A stretch of DNA of 44,442 bases from Octopus bimaculoides (GCF_001194135.2 NC_068987.1:26346438-26390879); one strand, 5' to 3'. Positions 1-11,400 are shown, counted from the first letter of the stretch. The notes: generated from the sequence alone by a model not told the origin. Made by a program: numbers and translations.

Positions 1-174
1 ATATGTATATATAAGCATTTGAAGAGAAATGCTTAAAAACATAAGAGAAGAGGAGAATCGTTGGAAGCTAAGCAATCACCAAAAGATGTAGGAGGGTTGC
101 AATTACTAAGCGGGAGAGAGGCATTATCTTATGTCCCAGAAATCATCGTAATCAGCACTTGCTTTAGGGTTACC

Positions 175-525
175 TTTTATCGTTTACTTGTTTCAATCAT
201 TAGACTGCGGCCATGTTGGGGCAACGCCTTGAAGGGCTTAGTCGATTAAATCGACCCCAGTGCTTAATTTTTTAAAGCTTGGTAGTTATTTTATTGTCCT
301 ATTATACTGAAATACTTAGCTATAAGACATAAACAAACGAACGCTGATTTTCAAGTATTTTTCGAGGACAAGCACAAACACAAAGACACATACATATGAC
401 GGGCTTCTTTTAGTTTCCGTCTGCCAAATCCACTTACAAGGCTTCGGTCGGCCGAGGTTATAACAAAGGACACTTGTCCAGGCACCATAAAGTGGAAATT
501 AACCTAGAACTTTGTGGTTGGGAAG
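175..525 (-). mobile_element. SINE family B (tRNA-head, CORE-like), old copy
   Basis: Shares CTGCGGCCATG..GGxGCA.CGCCTT..AGTCGA..AAATCGACCCCAG with the 7038-7340 copy. Also carries GTTTCCGTCTGCCAAATCCACTTACAAGGC and a degenerate head (GTGGTTGGGAAG). Confidence 0.7.
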
Positions 526-529
526 AAAA

Positions 530-2040
530 AAGCGTTGAAGAAGTTATCCAAAACTGACATTTGCAGGGCATAATGTCTTTGCTTAGTCCAGTATAGTAAC
601 TGAGTTCATTATGAACTCCTCTTCTAATTTTTATGTTTACTCTCAGGACTGCTATAAGTAAAGCCTTGCAGAATTCTCTCAGTAAGTTTCGACTCTATAA
701 CCCTATTCTTTATAGTTAACTGAAGAGGACTGTGTACTGCTTCTTTATCCTTTTCTGTGCTGCAGTTCGCTTTGGATCTAACTTTATCAACTCCTCATTG
801 GACAAATTTTCTCTATGGGACCGTAGTAATGAGCCACATCATCATATATGATTTCATGGCAGAATCACATATCCTGCTGAACTGGATGTGGACATTTTGT
901 TTGTGAAAATCTTGTAAAGTCAAGAACACAGTCTGGCCACATGTTTTACCAAATGCCATTCATAGCCAACAGTTTCACTTCATCTCATGACTCGGCTATG
1001 TCATCCAGAATTTTTTGAGTTGTCTTTCATTGTCGGTTTATCTTTCCTATCAATTACTATTATTAGGTGTTTAAGCTCAAATAAGCCTTGAAGTCAACCA
1101 TTACAGTTTGATTCATAGGCTGGAACAGAGAAAAAAGATCATTCAAATTTACTGGATGACTTGGCGCATTGTCTAAACCAGCCATACTTTGTTCAAAATA
1201 TTACTCCTGCGACTGTATTTTTCTACTGTCGAGCAAAAAAAAAAAAATTGTGGACTAACCTTTGAGCGCCACATCACAGTTACATTACCCCTGAAATTTT
1301 GATAATGATACACAAGTAGCGGCTATGTTTTAAAGTTTGGTGCTGCTTTTTATCCCACTGGAATTAAAAGTCCTTCCGGTATCACTTCCTGAAAAGCTCG
1401 TTCCCATCAAAGTTGTAAAGTTGTTCTAATATGTAACCTCGTAACCTCCTTCATAAATAATTTCCTTCAGCTCTCCAAGTAAAGTAGTGGAAGCATCGAT
1501 ATCAGTATTCACCAGTAATTTTGATGCTGCTTAATATGAGGTGCCCCATAAATTTTTCAAACCAGTATCTACGAGCCAGAAAATGTTTTACATTAGAATT
1601 TGTAACTTCCTTTTATTTAAAATCATGAAACGAACTATAACTTTCCTTCAATGACTATTTTGTTTGCCTTATTATCTAACACACCGGTTCGATTTCCACT
1701 CATATTTTTCTCCCAAAATTTTCAATTTGTCTCCACAATATCCTAGGTCTGATCGACGACTCACTCATTCAAGAACAGTTCTATGTCAAACTTTATTTCT
1801 AATTTATGAAAAAACAATAACCAGAAGTTAACGAAATCGTTGATGGAGCACTGGATCTGATTTTGTCTTTCAAAATCAGATTTTTACTTTCACTGTAAGC
1901 GTTACAAGCTTTAATATTTTTACAATATGGCTGAAATGTTTTCCGGCATCAAATCTTCGTAGCGTTTTTACAATCACTCTTAGTACTATTGACTTCACTT
2001 TCACTTGAGAGCTTCTTTTTTGTCCTTGTGAACCCTACAA
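530..2040 (-). mobile_element. pogo/Tigger (Tc1/mariner superfamily) transposase, decayed, near full length
   Basis: Minus-strand fragments in the expected order: HTH-like RRFDAGK, WFEKF..IKITGE, KEIIYEGGY..LYNFD, PLLVYHYQNFR, LVLDNAPSHP (~1155-1190), FQPMNQTVMVDFKAY, C-terminal SVLDNFF. Many stops and frameshifts. Confidence 0.8.
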
Positions 2041-2140
2041 CAGTGGAGATAAACAAGAAATTCACTTTAAACACTAGAATCCGAAGAAAATAGTTATGCT
2101 CTATTTTGATAAAAAGGTGTTTTATTACTTATTATTTCAG

Positions 2141-2209
2141 GTACAAGAATGGAAATAAGAAAATGAAAGGAGAGATGTATCATGAAGACGGAAGAACTCT
2201 ATAATTAAG
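2141..2209 (+). other. possible 69-nt exon (stops in all frames)
   Basis: TTATTATTTCAG|G acceptor and AAG|GTTAGT donor. No open frame throughout; may be chance. Confidence 0.2.
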
Positions 2210-2246
2210 GTTAGTAACTAGATTCACGGAGAGTATAATGACAGTG

Positions 2247-2580
2247 TTGCAATGTTATCAGTCAGAGTATGCGTGATGTACGTTCGAACTGGGGAACAAT
2301 CTACTCACTGCGTTTTGTCACGGAGAATATATATCATGATTGTTGACAAATGGTGTGTATACACCTAGATCAGCTCGCAGCGCCATCTACCTAGATTGTG
2401 AGATGCTACCATTTCGGATTGGTTATCTTTTCATCGGTCACATACACTAAGCAGATGACACTGCGATCTGAATTAAGAGATTACCTCTGTTATGCTTTTC
2501 CAGTCACCGTACAATGACTAGCAGTGCTAAACAGTGCAATTAAATTACGGAGGTGGAACGCTAAGCAGTGATAAGTGAAA
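2247..2580 (+). repeat. dispersed repeat X, copy 1 (possibly mariner-like 5' terminal region)
   Basis: TTTTGTCACGGAGAA..TGTTGACAAA..GTGT..ATACAC shared with 2581-2713 and 26029-26240. Contains GCGCCATCTAC and a weak ER*AVI match to a mariner N-terminus. Confidence 0.5.
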
Positions 2581-2713
2581 TTGCAATGTTATTATCAGTC
2601 CGAATATGCTAAATGCGCGTTCGAACTGGGGAACAAGCTACTCTGCATTTTGTCACGGAGAATATATCATGATTGTTGACAAATGGTGTGTGTACACTCT
2701 AGATCAACCAGCA
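2581..2713 (+). repeat. dispersed repeat X, copy 2 (local direct duplication, offset 334 bp)
   Basis: Aligns to 2247-2380, e.g. CGTTCGAACTGGGGAACAA and CATGATTGTTGACAAATGGTGTGT. Confidence 0.85.
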
Positions 2714-2934
2714 GTAATTGACAGTAATATAAAAAAAAGGTCACTTGCATTAATGCACGTACAAAAGTGTGGGTGGGGGGAAGGAGCAGATTGTTTTTAA
2801 CGAAAATTTAGTAGATTTAGTAGAGGGTAAATATCGAAAATACTCAGAGGAGGAAGATAGAAAAATGACAAGAGAAGCAGCTGTACATAATAAAGTGTCA
2901 CAGATATATAAATTGTAAAAGAAAATTATGTATG

Positions 2935-3011
<77 letters not shown>

Positions 3012-3064
3012 ATGTCTATCTATCTATCTATCTAACTATCTATCTATCTATCTATCTATCTATC
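2935..3064. repeat. (TATC)n microsatellite
   Basis: Directly visible. Confidence 0.97.
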
Positions 3065-3107
3065 AGTTAAAAAAATGAGTAACAATGGCATAAAACTGTA
3101 CTTTAAT

Positions 3108-3425
3108 TAACGACTAATTATTTGAGAAGTGTGTAACAAGGGCGCGTGTAATTAGTTTTCTATAGACCGTTTAGTTGAATTTACCTTAGTGGAATATACC
3201 ACACTGAAGTTTACCTATAGTGAAATTTTCCCAGTGGAATTTAACAAACTAATTAGTTAAGAAGTGTGTAATAAGGGCGTGTGTAATTAGTTTTCTATAG
3301 ACTGTTATTTTCCGAGTGGAATTTACCATAGTGGTACTTACCTTAGTGGATTATACCGCGGTGAATTTTACCTATCGTGAAATTTGCCGTAGTGGAATTT
3401 ACTGAAGTGGAATTTACCGGTCACG
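3108..3425. repeat. duplicated ~135-bp unit containing a 15-bp subrepeat array (GTGGAATTTACCnnn)
   Basis: Two copies of GAAGTGTGTAAyAAGGGCGyGTGTAATTAGTTTTCTATAGAC, each followed by about 5-7 degenerate 15-mers. Confidence 0.85.
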
Positions 3426-3429
3426 ATAT

Positions 3430-4760
3430 CATGAACCTTTCATCCATGGAACAAATTGAATGTGAGATTCCTAAATAAAGCAGAAATTCTCTTTCAATAC
3501 CAAGTCGACTATTTCCATCTTCTTTTTAGCTCCTCATGGTAGAATTAATAAAATTTGATACAAAAATATCTGCATCTCAGTAGTTCCTAAGAAGTACTTT
3601 ATCTCTATGCTGCCTATATTTCAACAAATTCCACTGGAAATTAATTAAAAAACAGATCTGCAAGCTGAAATTTTCCAAAATCCTCTATGTGCAATAGAAT
3701 GACATTGAGCTGGAGCAATTTATATCAATAATGCAAACTCTAGTAATTAAATATGTACTAGAGATGAAGGCTATGGTTCACAAAAATATAATTCTCAAAT
3801 ACAAAAGCTTCTCATGGGACAAAGAAAATTTCCAGTTCTATTAAACGGAAGAAAAAAAAATCATTGACAAGGAAAAGAAAACATTGAAGAATGTCACTCA
3901 TGGAATCCGAAAATAATATAAACATCACTATAAAAATAAGTTGACAATAAAATGCGCCAGTGCTGTTAGAAACGTAAAATCTAACTCGAACGTTTTTCTC
4001 AGATTTATAAGAGAAAAACTTCAGTGTATCACAAAAATAGGGCTATTGTTTGAAGGTAATATGTCACTCATATTAAGAAATATTAATGAAATATGGAAGA
4101 ACACTTCAGCAGTATTCTTACTGATCTTTTGATATACTTGCACATAAGTGAGCTAGGCTAGTTATTTAACACTTTAACGAATTTTGTGTTAACTTTGTAT
4201 TAAATAGGGGCAATCAATAATTATATTGATATAGAAGAGGATGTAAAATATATAGATTTTGAGAAAATGTTCCTGAATTTAGCAATAAGCTCCGATGGAA
4301 GTTCTCTGAAGACGATCAAGCAAAAGCACTTCTAAGGCTTCATTGCCTTTCATAAGTTCCAAAAATGTTATAAAAGGCCTATGTGTCTGATCCATGTGGG
4401 AAGAAACAGCAGAGGCTGCAAATATTATAAACCTATCTCTCATTGAATGAATTATCAAAGAACCTGATTATATTCTGACAAACGAGTGCCTTGATAAATG
4501 ATACACAGCGTAATTGGCTTTCATGTAGAAGTTGCCTTACGCAGTTTCTGCTGAAATATATATATATGGCTATTGAAACAACTTTTCAGTCAGTCACACC
4601 TGGACTAGGTATACACGGACTCTGCAAAAAGCTTTAGACAACATTTATTATTGGATAATATGTCACAAACTAGGCGTTGCTATTAATCGTATATTTTTTA
4701 AAGACAGAAGTTAAATTGCTGCAGCATGACCAAGTTGATAAAATGTTCAGTTAGTAAAAG
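3430..4760 (+). mobile_element. CR1/L2-type LINE ORF2 (RT) remnant, heavily decayed
   Basis: NVKSNSNVF region, then YKPISL (~4425-4441), RSCLTQF (~4528), QKALD (~4624), ICHKL and FFKDRS. These match RT motifs NYRPISL, RSCLTQL, FAKAFD and FLKDRSQ in order. Confidence 0.65.
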
Positions 4761-4854
4761 TGTGGCTTTGATATTGATTCTGCTAAATGGGAACTTGAGC
4801 GGATCAACTAAAGCCTTTAGAGCAAAATTTTTTCAGGCGGATACTGCGAAAACT

Positions 4855-4971
4855 CATCAGGATGAAAGGCAAAGACAATCTCAGCGGAATTTAAATTCAG
4901 TGCACGAAGACGGACGAAATACCATGAAGCATTTTGTCCCGCGAGCTAATGAGTGTGCAAGCTTGCCGCCT
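4855..4971 (-). mobile_element. SINE family A, 5' half
   Basis: GGATGAAAGGCAAAG..GCGGAATTTAAATTCAG..GCTTGCCGCCT is the reverse complement of the family A head. Confidence 0.75.
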
Positions 4972-5002
4972 CTTTTATTTCTAATTCATGATACAAGGTG
5001 GT

Positions 5003-5192
5003 TATTCTGAGAGAAGTGGAAGGCTGAGTATATTGACCCTCGTGCTGTTATAGTGTTTATTGTAACGATCCCGAAAGGATAAAGGGCAAAATTGACCCCA
5101 ACAGCATTTGAACTCAGAAGGTAAAACCAGAAGAAATGACATCAAGCCTAAGGCTTGTACGGTGGAGTAATGATTCCGCTGTCTCACCGACT
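5003..5192 (-). mobile_element. SINE family A, degraded copy
   Basis: GATCCCGAAAGGATAAAGGGCAAAATTGACC..ATTTGAACTCAGAA. Confidence 0.7.
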
Positions 5193-5257
5193 TTAAGTGA
5201 TTAGATTATAATGTAGCCAAACAGACCAAATGATTGCAGTGAATGACTATTGAGGGA

Positions 5258-5500
5258 CTAAGGTGACCAAAATACACATTAATGTCACTAGAGAGATTCT
5301 AAATTGACGAAACAGACAAAAGATAATCAAACAACCGTCTAAGTGAACAAACGTATACTCACATAACTAAATAATCAATAACGTGATCAAAGGGACAATA
5401 AGATGTCCAAAAGAGAAAACAAGGTGATCAAACAGACATGGAGATGACCAAGCAGGTAACCAAGTGACCAACGAACTTGACATCTCAGGTGACCAACTAC
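5258..5500. repeat. degenerate GGTGACCAA-motif repeat
   Basis: At least 7 irregularly spaced GGTGAyCAA-like motifs. Confidence 0.5.
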
Positions 5501-5602
5501 AAATCTACAAAACTTGAAGAGAAAGACTGGTGAAAAAATGCAAGTAAAACTAAGAAAATTAAAACTTAAACGGAAAAGTGTAGTCAAAACTTAAGCCAAA
5601 TT

Positions 5603-5618
5603 TCTTCTTCTTCTTCTT

Positions 5619-5672
<54 letters not shown>

Positions 5673-5676
5673 TTAC

Positions 5677-5721
<45 letters not shown>
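5603..5721. repeat. compound (CTT)n(CTA)n(TAG)n microsatellite, self-complementary
   Basis: Directly visible. (CTA)n switches to its reverse complement (TAG)n at 5677/5678. Confidence 0.95.
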
Positions 5722-6368
5722 CAGCACCACTGCGTCGGTTCATGGGTAGGATCATATAAACCACAACTAGCACAAAAATATTGTGCATTGCTAGAGAGAT
5801 ATGATATAAGATAATATAGAAACAACAGAGCTTGAATTGGGAGGTGAAAAGATTGAAAGTGCTGTGAACCAATGAAATATATGACGCATCTTACACTTCA
5901 GATGAAACCTAGCAATACATCAACGGGAAAGGAAACAAAAGTCTGTCAAAGAAAGAAGAAAAGAGTGAAAAAGAAAAGTGAAAACGAAGTAAACTCCAAA
6001 CCTTCGCTCCACTTGCCAACGCCTAACTTTTAACAGAAACAAACGAAGTGAAGTATTTATTAGTCATCACGTACATACTACTACTACTACTACTGCTACT
6101 ACTACTACTACTAGCAACAACAACAATAACAGCAACAATGATAATTCGGTTTTACTTGAAACTGCACGCATATTGTGTTAAGTACTGTCTGTCTGAGGTC
6201 CCTGTGACTTGACAGACAGTAAAGATGGTAAACAAACTATATCCACTCTACGATATCACAATATTGGATAGTGAACGACGTGTTCCATGATGATGATAGT
6301 ATTACTGAGGATGATGATGATGATGATAATAATAATAATGATAATAATCAAAAAAAAAAAATAATAAT

Positions 6369-6841
6369 GGTATAAAAGATGGGCTTCAGCAAATATTCTG
6401 CTTAGTACCACAGATTTGCTCGTCAGTTGTTTGACCTTAACCAGTTGGGTATGTCCCTTGGTGGCTGACGATATGTGCATCTCTGATCACGAGCAGAAGT
6501 AGTGGGGGAGCATCATAGCCATGTATTGAGAGGAATTCTTTGGGGTTTGAATAATTCACCTTTGGAAACATGGGTGTTTTGCTCAACATCCTTAAACAAA
6601 CCTTATTCAGGAACCTTTTGAGCGGGATGGGCTACTCGACCTGAAGAAAATTCTAACTGGGTCCCACCTGCAAGGTCATGCGCTGTTTATCTTGATGTGA
6701 GTTCACCACGTCGCGCACACATAGTTGTGATGCATGTGTCTGGTGTACCCTTATCGGACGGGTAGTTATGATGGGTATATTGGACTTCGTATGTTTGTAC
6801 ACCAGTGTCACTTTCATGACATGTGCTGCTCTCTCACTCAA

Positions 6842-6842
<1 letters not shown>
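6369..6842 (+). mobile_element. retroposon family D, 5'-truncated copy
   Basis: Reverse-complement match (about 85% by eye) to 10774-11250. Ends CTCTCTCACTCAAT followed by a trinucleotide tail. Confidence 0.8.

Positions 6843-6893
<51 letters not shown>
6842..6893. repeat. (TAT)n microsatellite
   Basis: Directly visible. Confidence 0.97.
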
Positions 6894-7037
6894 TTATGTT
6901 TGACTTTTGTTTTGCATTTGTACAAGTTGGATCCAAGTCTCACCCAGAGACCTCAAGAGACAACAAGTTAGAAGTTCATGCAGGTGTTATGCCTAGGGTA
7001 CCATATATTTGGATTTGTATAGTTTTGTTCAAGTGAA

Positions 7038-7340
7038 TACTCTTTTACTCTTTTACTTGTTTCAGTCTTTTAACTGCGGCCATGCTGGAGCACCGCCTTT
7101 TAGTCGAGCAAATCGACCCCAGGACTTATNNNNNNNNNNNNNNNNNNNNNNNNNNNNNNNNNNNNNNNNNNNNNNNNNNNNNNNNNNNNNNNNNNNNNNN
7201 NNNNNNNNNNNNNNNNNNNNNNNNNNNNNNNNNNNNNNNNNNNNNNNNNNNNNNNNNNNNNNNATGCCACGCAGTGGGACTGAACCCGGGACCGTGTGGT
7301 TGGTAAGCAAGCTACTTACCACACAGCCACTCCTACGCCT
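7038..7340 (-). mobile_element. SINE family B, young copy with internal assembly gap
   Basis: Minus-strand head AGGCGTAGGAGTGGCTGTGTGGTAAG (A box) ..GGTTCAGTCCCACTGCGTGGC (B box). Tail ..GAAACAAGTAAAAGAGTAAAAGAGTA. Confidence 0.85.
7130..7263. other. assembly gap (N run)
   Basis: Run of N. Confidence 1.
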
Positions 7341-8039
7341 ATGTTTAAGAAACCATAAGAAAATTATGTGTTTGCTTTAAAATTTGAGATCACATAGACA
7401 GTATTTTACGTAGGATATGGGCAGTTCCCATGAGCACTATCTTTTGAACTTCAGTCATTTTGGGGTTTCCTGGTATCTGAGCTAGGTAGTAATAAGCCCG
7501 TTTCGCTGTCATTCCCAGGGCACCTATGACAATAGGTATTGTTAATAATAAAACAGTGAAATTAATAGTATCATTTTAAAGGCAACAGAGACTACCATGA
7601 GGCAGTTTTATAGTCAGATTGATTACTTTCTTGTCAAGCAACAGCAGCACAAAATGTTTATAGATATCTTCCTAGAAATCATTATTATAGAAATAATGCG
7701 TGCCGGTATAGTCGAGTTATTAAATAGTTTATTTCACACATGTTATTGGATTACGTCATAAGCACGGCTTATCTTGCATGTATGTCTTGTACTCGGCTTG
7801 TACTCGGCTTGGCAAATGAAAGTGGAATTCAGCCACACAGATGAACGTAGAGCATGTGAGCGCATGTACATATGAATACGCATGAATACATATACATAAT
7901 ATCAATTACATTTTTAAATATGCCAGTGGCAAGGTTGCAGATGTGCGATGAATATTTTGACACATCATGAATAATTCAAAGTAAATTTAACAGTTTTTTT
8001 TGTATATTTTTTCAATAGCTAAACTGGGCTGTTTCACAG

Positions 8040-8500
8040 TATAATCGTGAAAACGCACGCGAGAGGGTGTATGTAGTATACGAAATAGTCTCTGAAGTAA
8101 ATTAGGGGCATCTTACATTGGGAGCACCAGCAGGAATTTGCACATTCGAATTAAAGAACATAGGAGCGTAGACACTTCAGTAAAAAAAAAAAAAAAACGC
8201 TAAAGAAGTACCAAACCCGGGAATTTAAGGTGTCCATCAGGGCCACTCAGTGCAACGGAATCATGGAGAGTTTCCTTATCTACAGATTGAGACCAGCCAT
8301 TAAAAACAAGGAAGAACTACACGAAGGAGTCTGCTTACTATAACAACACCAGCCTGCACGTGTCTCTTTCATCTTTTCTCCCTCCTTTTCATCCTTCCTC
8401 CACATATCTGAACAACGACTTTTCCATTCCTCGCTTTTCCAAATGTCCTGAAGAAGAGGTTATAGGCCTGGAATATAAAAATACAAGGTAAAACTATATC
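8040..8500 (+). mobile_element. Penelope-like element 3' fragment: GIY-YIG endonuclease remnant plus 3' UTR
   Basis: VVYEI (8073-8087), frameshift, then YIGSTSRNLHIRIKEH (from 8114) and IMESFLIYRLRPAIKNKEE. This is the PLE GIY-YIG pattern. Confidence 0.75.
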
Positions 8501-8621
8501 TTTGGTTTTGCTTTGTATTATCTGTTTGTAGTTTACTTTGTACCTTCTCGCATTGTTCCGTTCTTACACAACAAATCTCTTTAAATACCACACATTGCTT
8601 CACAAAAGCTACTCCATTTTA

Positions 8622-8623
<2 letters not shown>

Positions 8624-8717
<94 letters not shown>
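8624..8717. repeat. (CA)n microsatellite
   Basis: Directly visible. Confidence 0.97.
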
Positions 8718-8718
<1 letters not shown>

Positions 8719-9202
8719 TGAATTTGTGTGCCTGTGTGTTTCTACTATCAATACCGTGGAAAAGACATAAACGCTGGCGGAGGGGAATAATCGATAAATC
8801 TTTGCTTTAGAAAGAAGTCCGTTGTGATATTTGTTCCGCTCGAATTGTACACACAATGCCTTATCACTCTAGCCGTCAAAAATACAGCGAAGCAGTGACT
8901 GAGCTGTTGGAAACATACAACCAACGACGCTAGTGTTCAACAAATTGCAATGGAAAATAACTAAACATAAATATGAATACTAAAATAATAATCTTATCTT
9001 AATATAACATTTTCCATTTAAATAAACAAAGAATTGAAAATATTGATTTATCACATTGCAGGGTAGTGAATATAGTCTACTGATATCGATCCTAATATAT
9101 CAATTGTAGTACTTATTTTATCAATTTTGGTCATAAGTTAGCAATGCTATGATAAAAAACAAAAATTACATAATTGATGTAGGATACATTATATAGCATG
9201 TT

Positions 9203-9408
9203 AAGCCAGGGAGCCAGCAGAAGTGTTATCTCACCAGACAAAATACGTTCCGGTTTTACGTTTGGAGCTCAAATTCCTCCGGGGTTGCCTTTTTCCTGTC
9301 GTCTTTTTAGAGGCGATAAAATTAGTACCAGTTGAGCACTGGGATCGACTTAATTTACTTCCCCCCCACCTCAAAATTTGTGGCCTTGTGCTAATAAAAG
9401 AAAAAAAA
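9203..9408 (+). mobile_element. SINE family A, full length, with imperfect 14-bp TSD
   Basis: Body GATAAAATTAGTACCAGTTGAGCACTGGGATCGA. Flanks TTATATAGCATGTT (9189-9202) and TTATATAGAATATT (9409-9422). Confidence 0.8.
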
Positions 9409-9879
9409 TTATATAGAATATTTGCACCTTATTTTCCACTGCAATCTGCTATTTAACATTCATTTACATAGTCTGAATATACATTGCATGTGTTGTAGTC
9501 TTGGAAGAATATACATATTTTTTGAGGAAGACCATAATGTATAGAGATTGATATATGATATAACTCTGATCTCAGCGCCATGAGAAATAAAGTCGGCGTC
9601 CATCAATTGTTTCTATATAGCGTTATCATTGCATAGAAACAAATATTTAAACAGGTTATATACATCCCATTTAGCGTACTTAACCCAGGACCGGATTATG
9701 GATTTGAAAAGGTAACTCATGCAACATACACTTAGAATTACTTAAGATATTCATAAAACAAAAATAGCAAACCACTGAACATTCTGAACTATAAACCAGT
9801 TGTGTTTTTGTGTGAGTGTATCTGTGTGTTGTCAGTGTGCATTTGTCTGTGTGTGTTATGTGTGTGTGGTGTTTGTTTG

Positions 9880-10097
9880 TTCACTTAACTGGCAAATATG
9901 ATTTGTGCCTGCAATTCAAAGGGCCTGTCTTGTCACATTCTGTAATTCTGTGTCACACTAAATCTCCCTAAGATCTATATTAATGGTATGCATGTCTTTG
10001 AAGTGCTCACCCACTTGTACATTAATTTCTTGAGCTGGCTGTTCCATTCATCGGATCAACTAGAATCCTCGTCATCGCAATCGGCAGAGTTCCAGTT
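9880..10097 (+). mobile_element. SINE family C, 5'-truncated
   Basis: CTGGCAAA..TTCAAAGG..CTTGTCACATTCT..GTCAC..GGATCAA matches 26620-26826. Confidence 0.75.
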
Positions 10098-10537
10098 TGT
10101 GTGTGTAGAGCTGATCCTCTAATGATCTCTGAAGGAGCAGCCTCGATTTTCCATTTTCAAGTGATGTTGTATAACATTAAAAATTCAAATAGCCATATAT
10201 AATATATATAAACTTTGACAAGCAAGTTAGTGCGGTATTGGTCCAATTTAATAGCTCCTATGGATGTGATATGTTTAAAAACAACCTATATTGGAAGGTT
10301 ACATAAAAATCACCCCAACCACCGCAAATGAGAACGTCAGATGCATTTCCTCCTAGTTGAAACTCATCAATAACACTCAGCCACCCGTATGCCTAGACGA
10401 AATTTATCTTCCTGTTTCATTCTACAACTATACTAAATACAAACTGATTTCAAATTCTATTTAAACTTAAACGACATTTTAATCCCTATTAATAACTTAT
10501 TATCGGGACAACAAGAAAAGATGCATTTCGCACACCT

Positions 10538-10670
10538 TTTCGGCGAGGTCCACTTTACCAATCATCAATTCGGCGTCGGATAAAATAAGTACTTATTGAA
10601 CACTAAGGAGTCGATGTAATTGACTTACACACTCCTCAAAACTTGCTGGTCCTCTGCCAAAGTTTGAAAT
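10538..10670 (+). mobile_element. SINE family A, 5'-truncated
   Basis: CGAGGTCCACTTT..GATAAAATAAGTAC..GTCGATGTAATTGACTTAC..CCAAAGTTTGAAATC. Confidence 0.75.
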
Positions 10671-10699
10671 CATCATTATCATCATTATCATCTTCATAA

Positions 10700-10766
<67 letters not shown>

Positions 10767-10773
10767 TATCATT
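10671..10773. repeat. (ATC)/(ATT)n microsatellite
   Basis: Directly visible. Confidence 0.95.
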
Positions 10774-11299
10774 ATTGAGTGAGAGAGCAATACATAAGCA
10801 TCAAAGTGACACTGGGGTACAAATATACGAAACCCAATTTACGCATCATGACTACACCAGGCACGTGAATCTCAACTATATATGCGCGACATAGTGATCT
10901 TGTATCAAGTCAAACAGCGCGTGACATTGTAGGTGGGGCGTAGTTGGAATTTTTTTTCAGGTCAAGTAGCCCATCCACTCAGAAGGTCCCTGAATAAGGT
11001 TTGTTTAAGGATGATGAATAAAACACCCATGTTTTCCGAGGTGAATTATTCAAACCTCAAAGAATTACACTCAACACATAAGTATGATGCTACCCAAGTA
11101 CTTCTGCTGATCAGAGATGCACATATTGTCAGCCACTAATGGACATGCTCAACAGGTTAAGGTCAAGCAACTGACAAACACATCTGTGGTATTGAGCAGA
11201 ATATTTTCAGGGCCCCTCTTTTATACCAAGACAAAACAATGTACATAATAACACTTCCAATTAGTTAAGATCAAAAGCTATGAGAGTCAGCACCTGGCA

Positions 11300-11300
<1 letters not shown>
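10774..11300 (-). mobile_element. retroposon family D, longer copy embedded in (ATT)n
   Basis: Reverse complement of 6369-6842 plus about 50 bp more 5' sequence. (ATT)n on both flanks. Confidence 0.8.
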
Positions 11301-11356
<56 letters not shown>

Positions 11357-11400
11357 CTTTATCACGTGAAAGCACGTGATAAAAATAAATCTACTGAATA

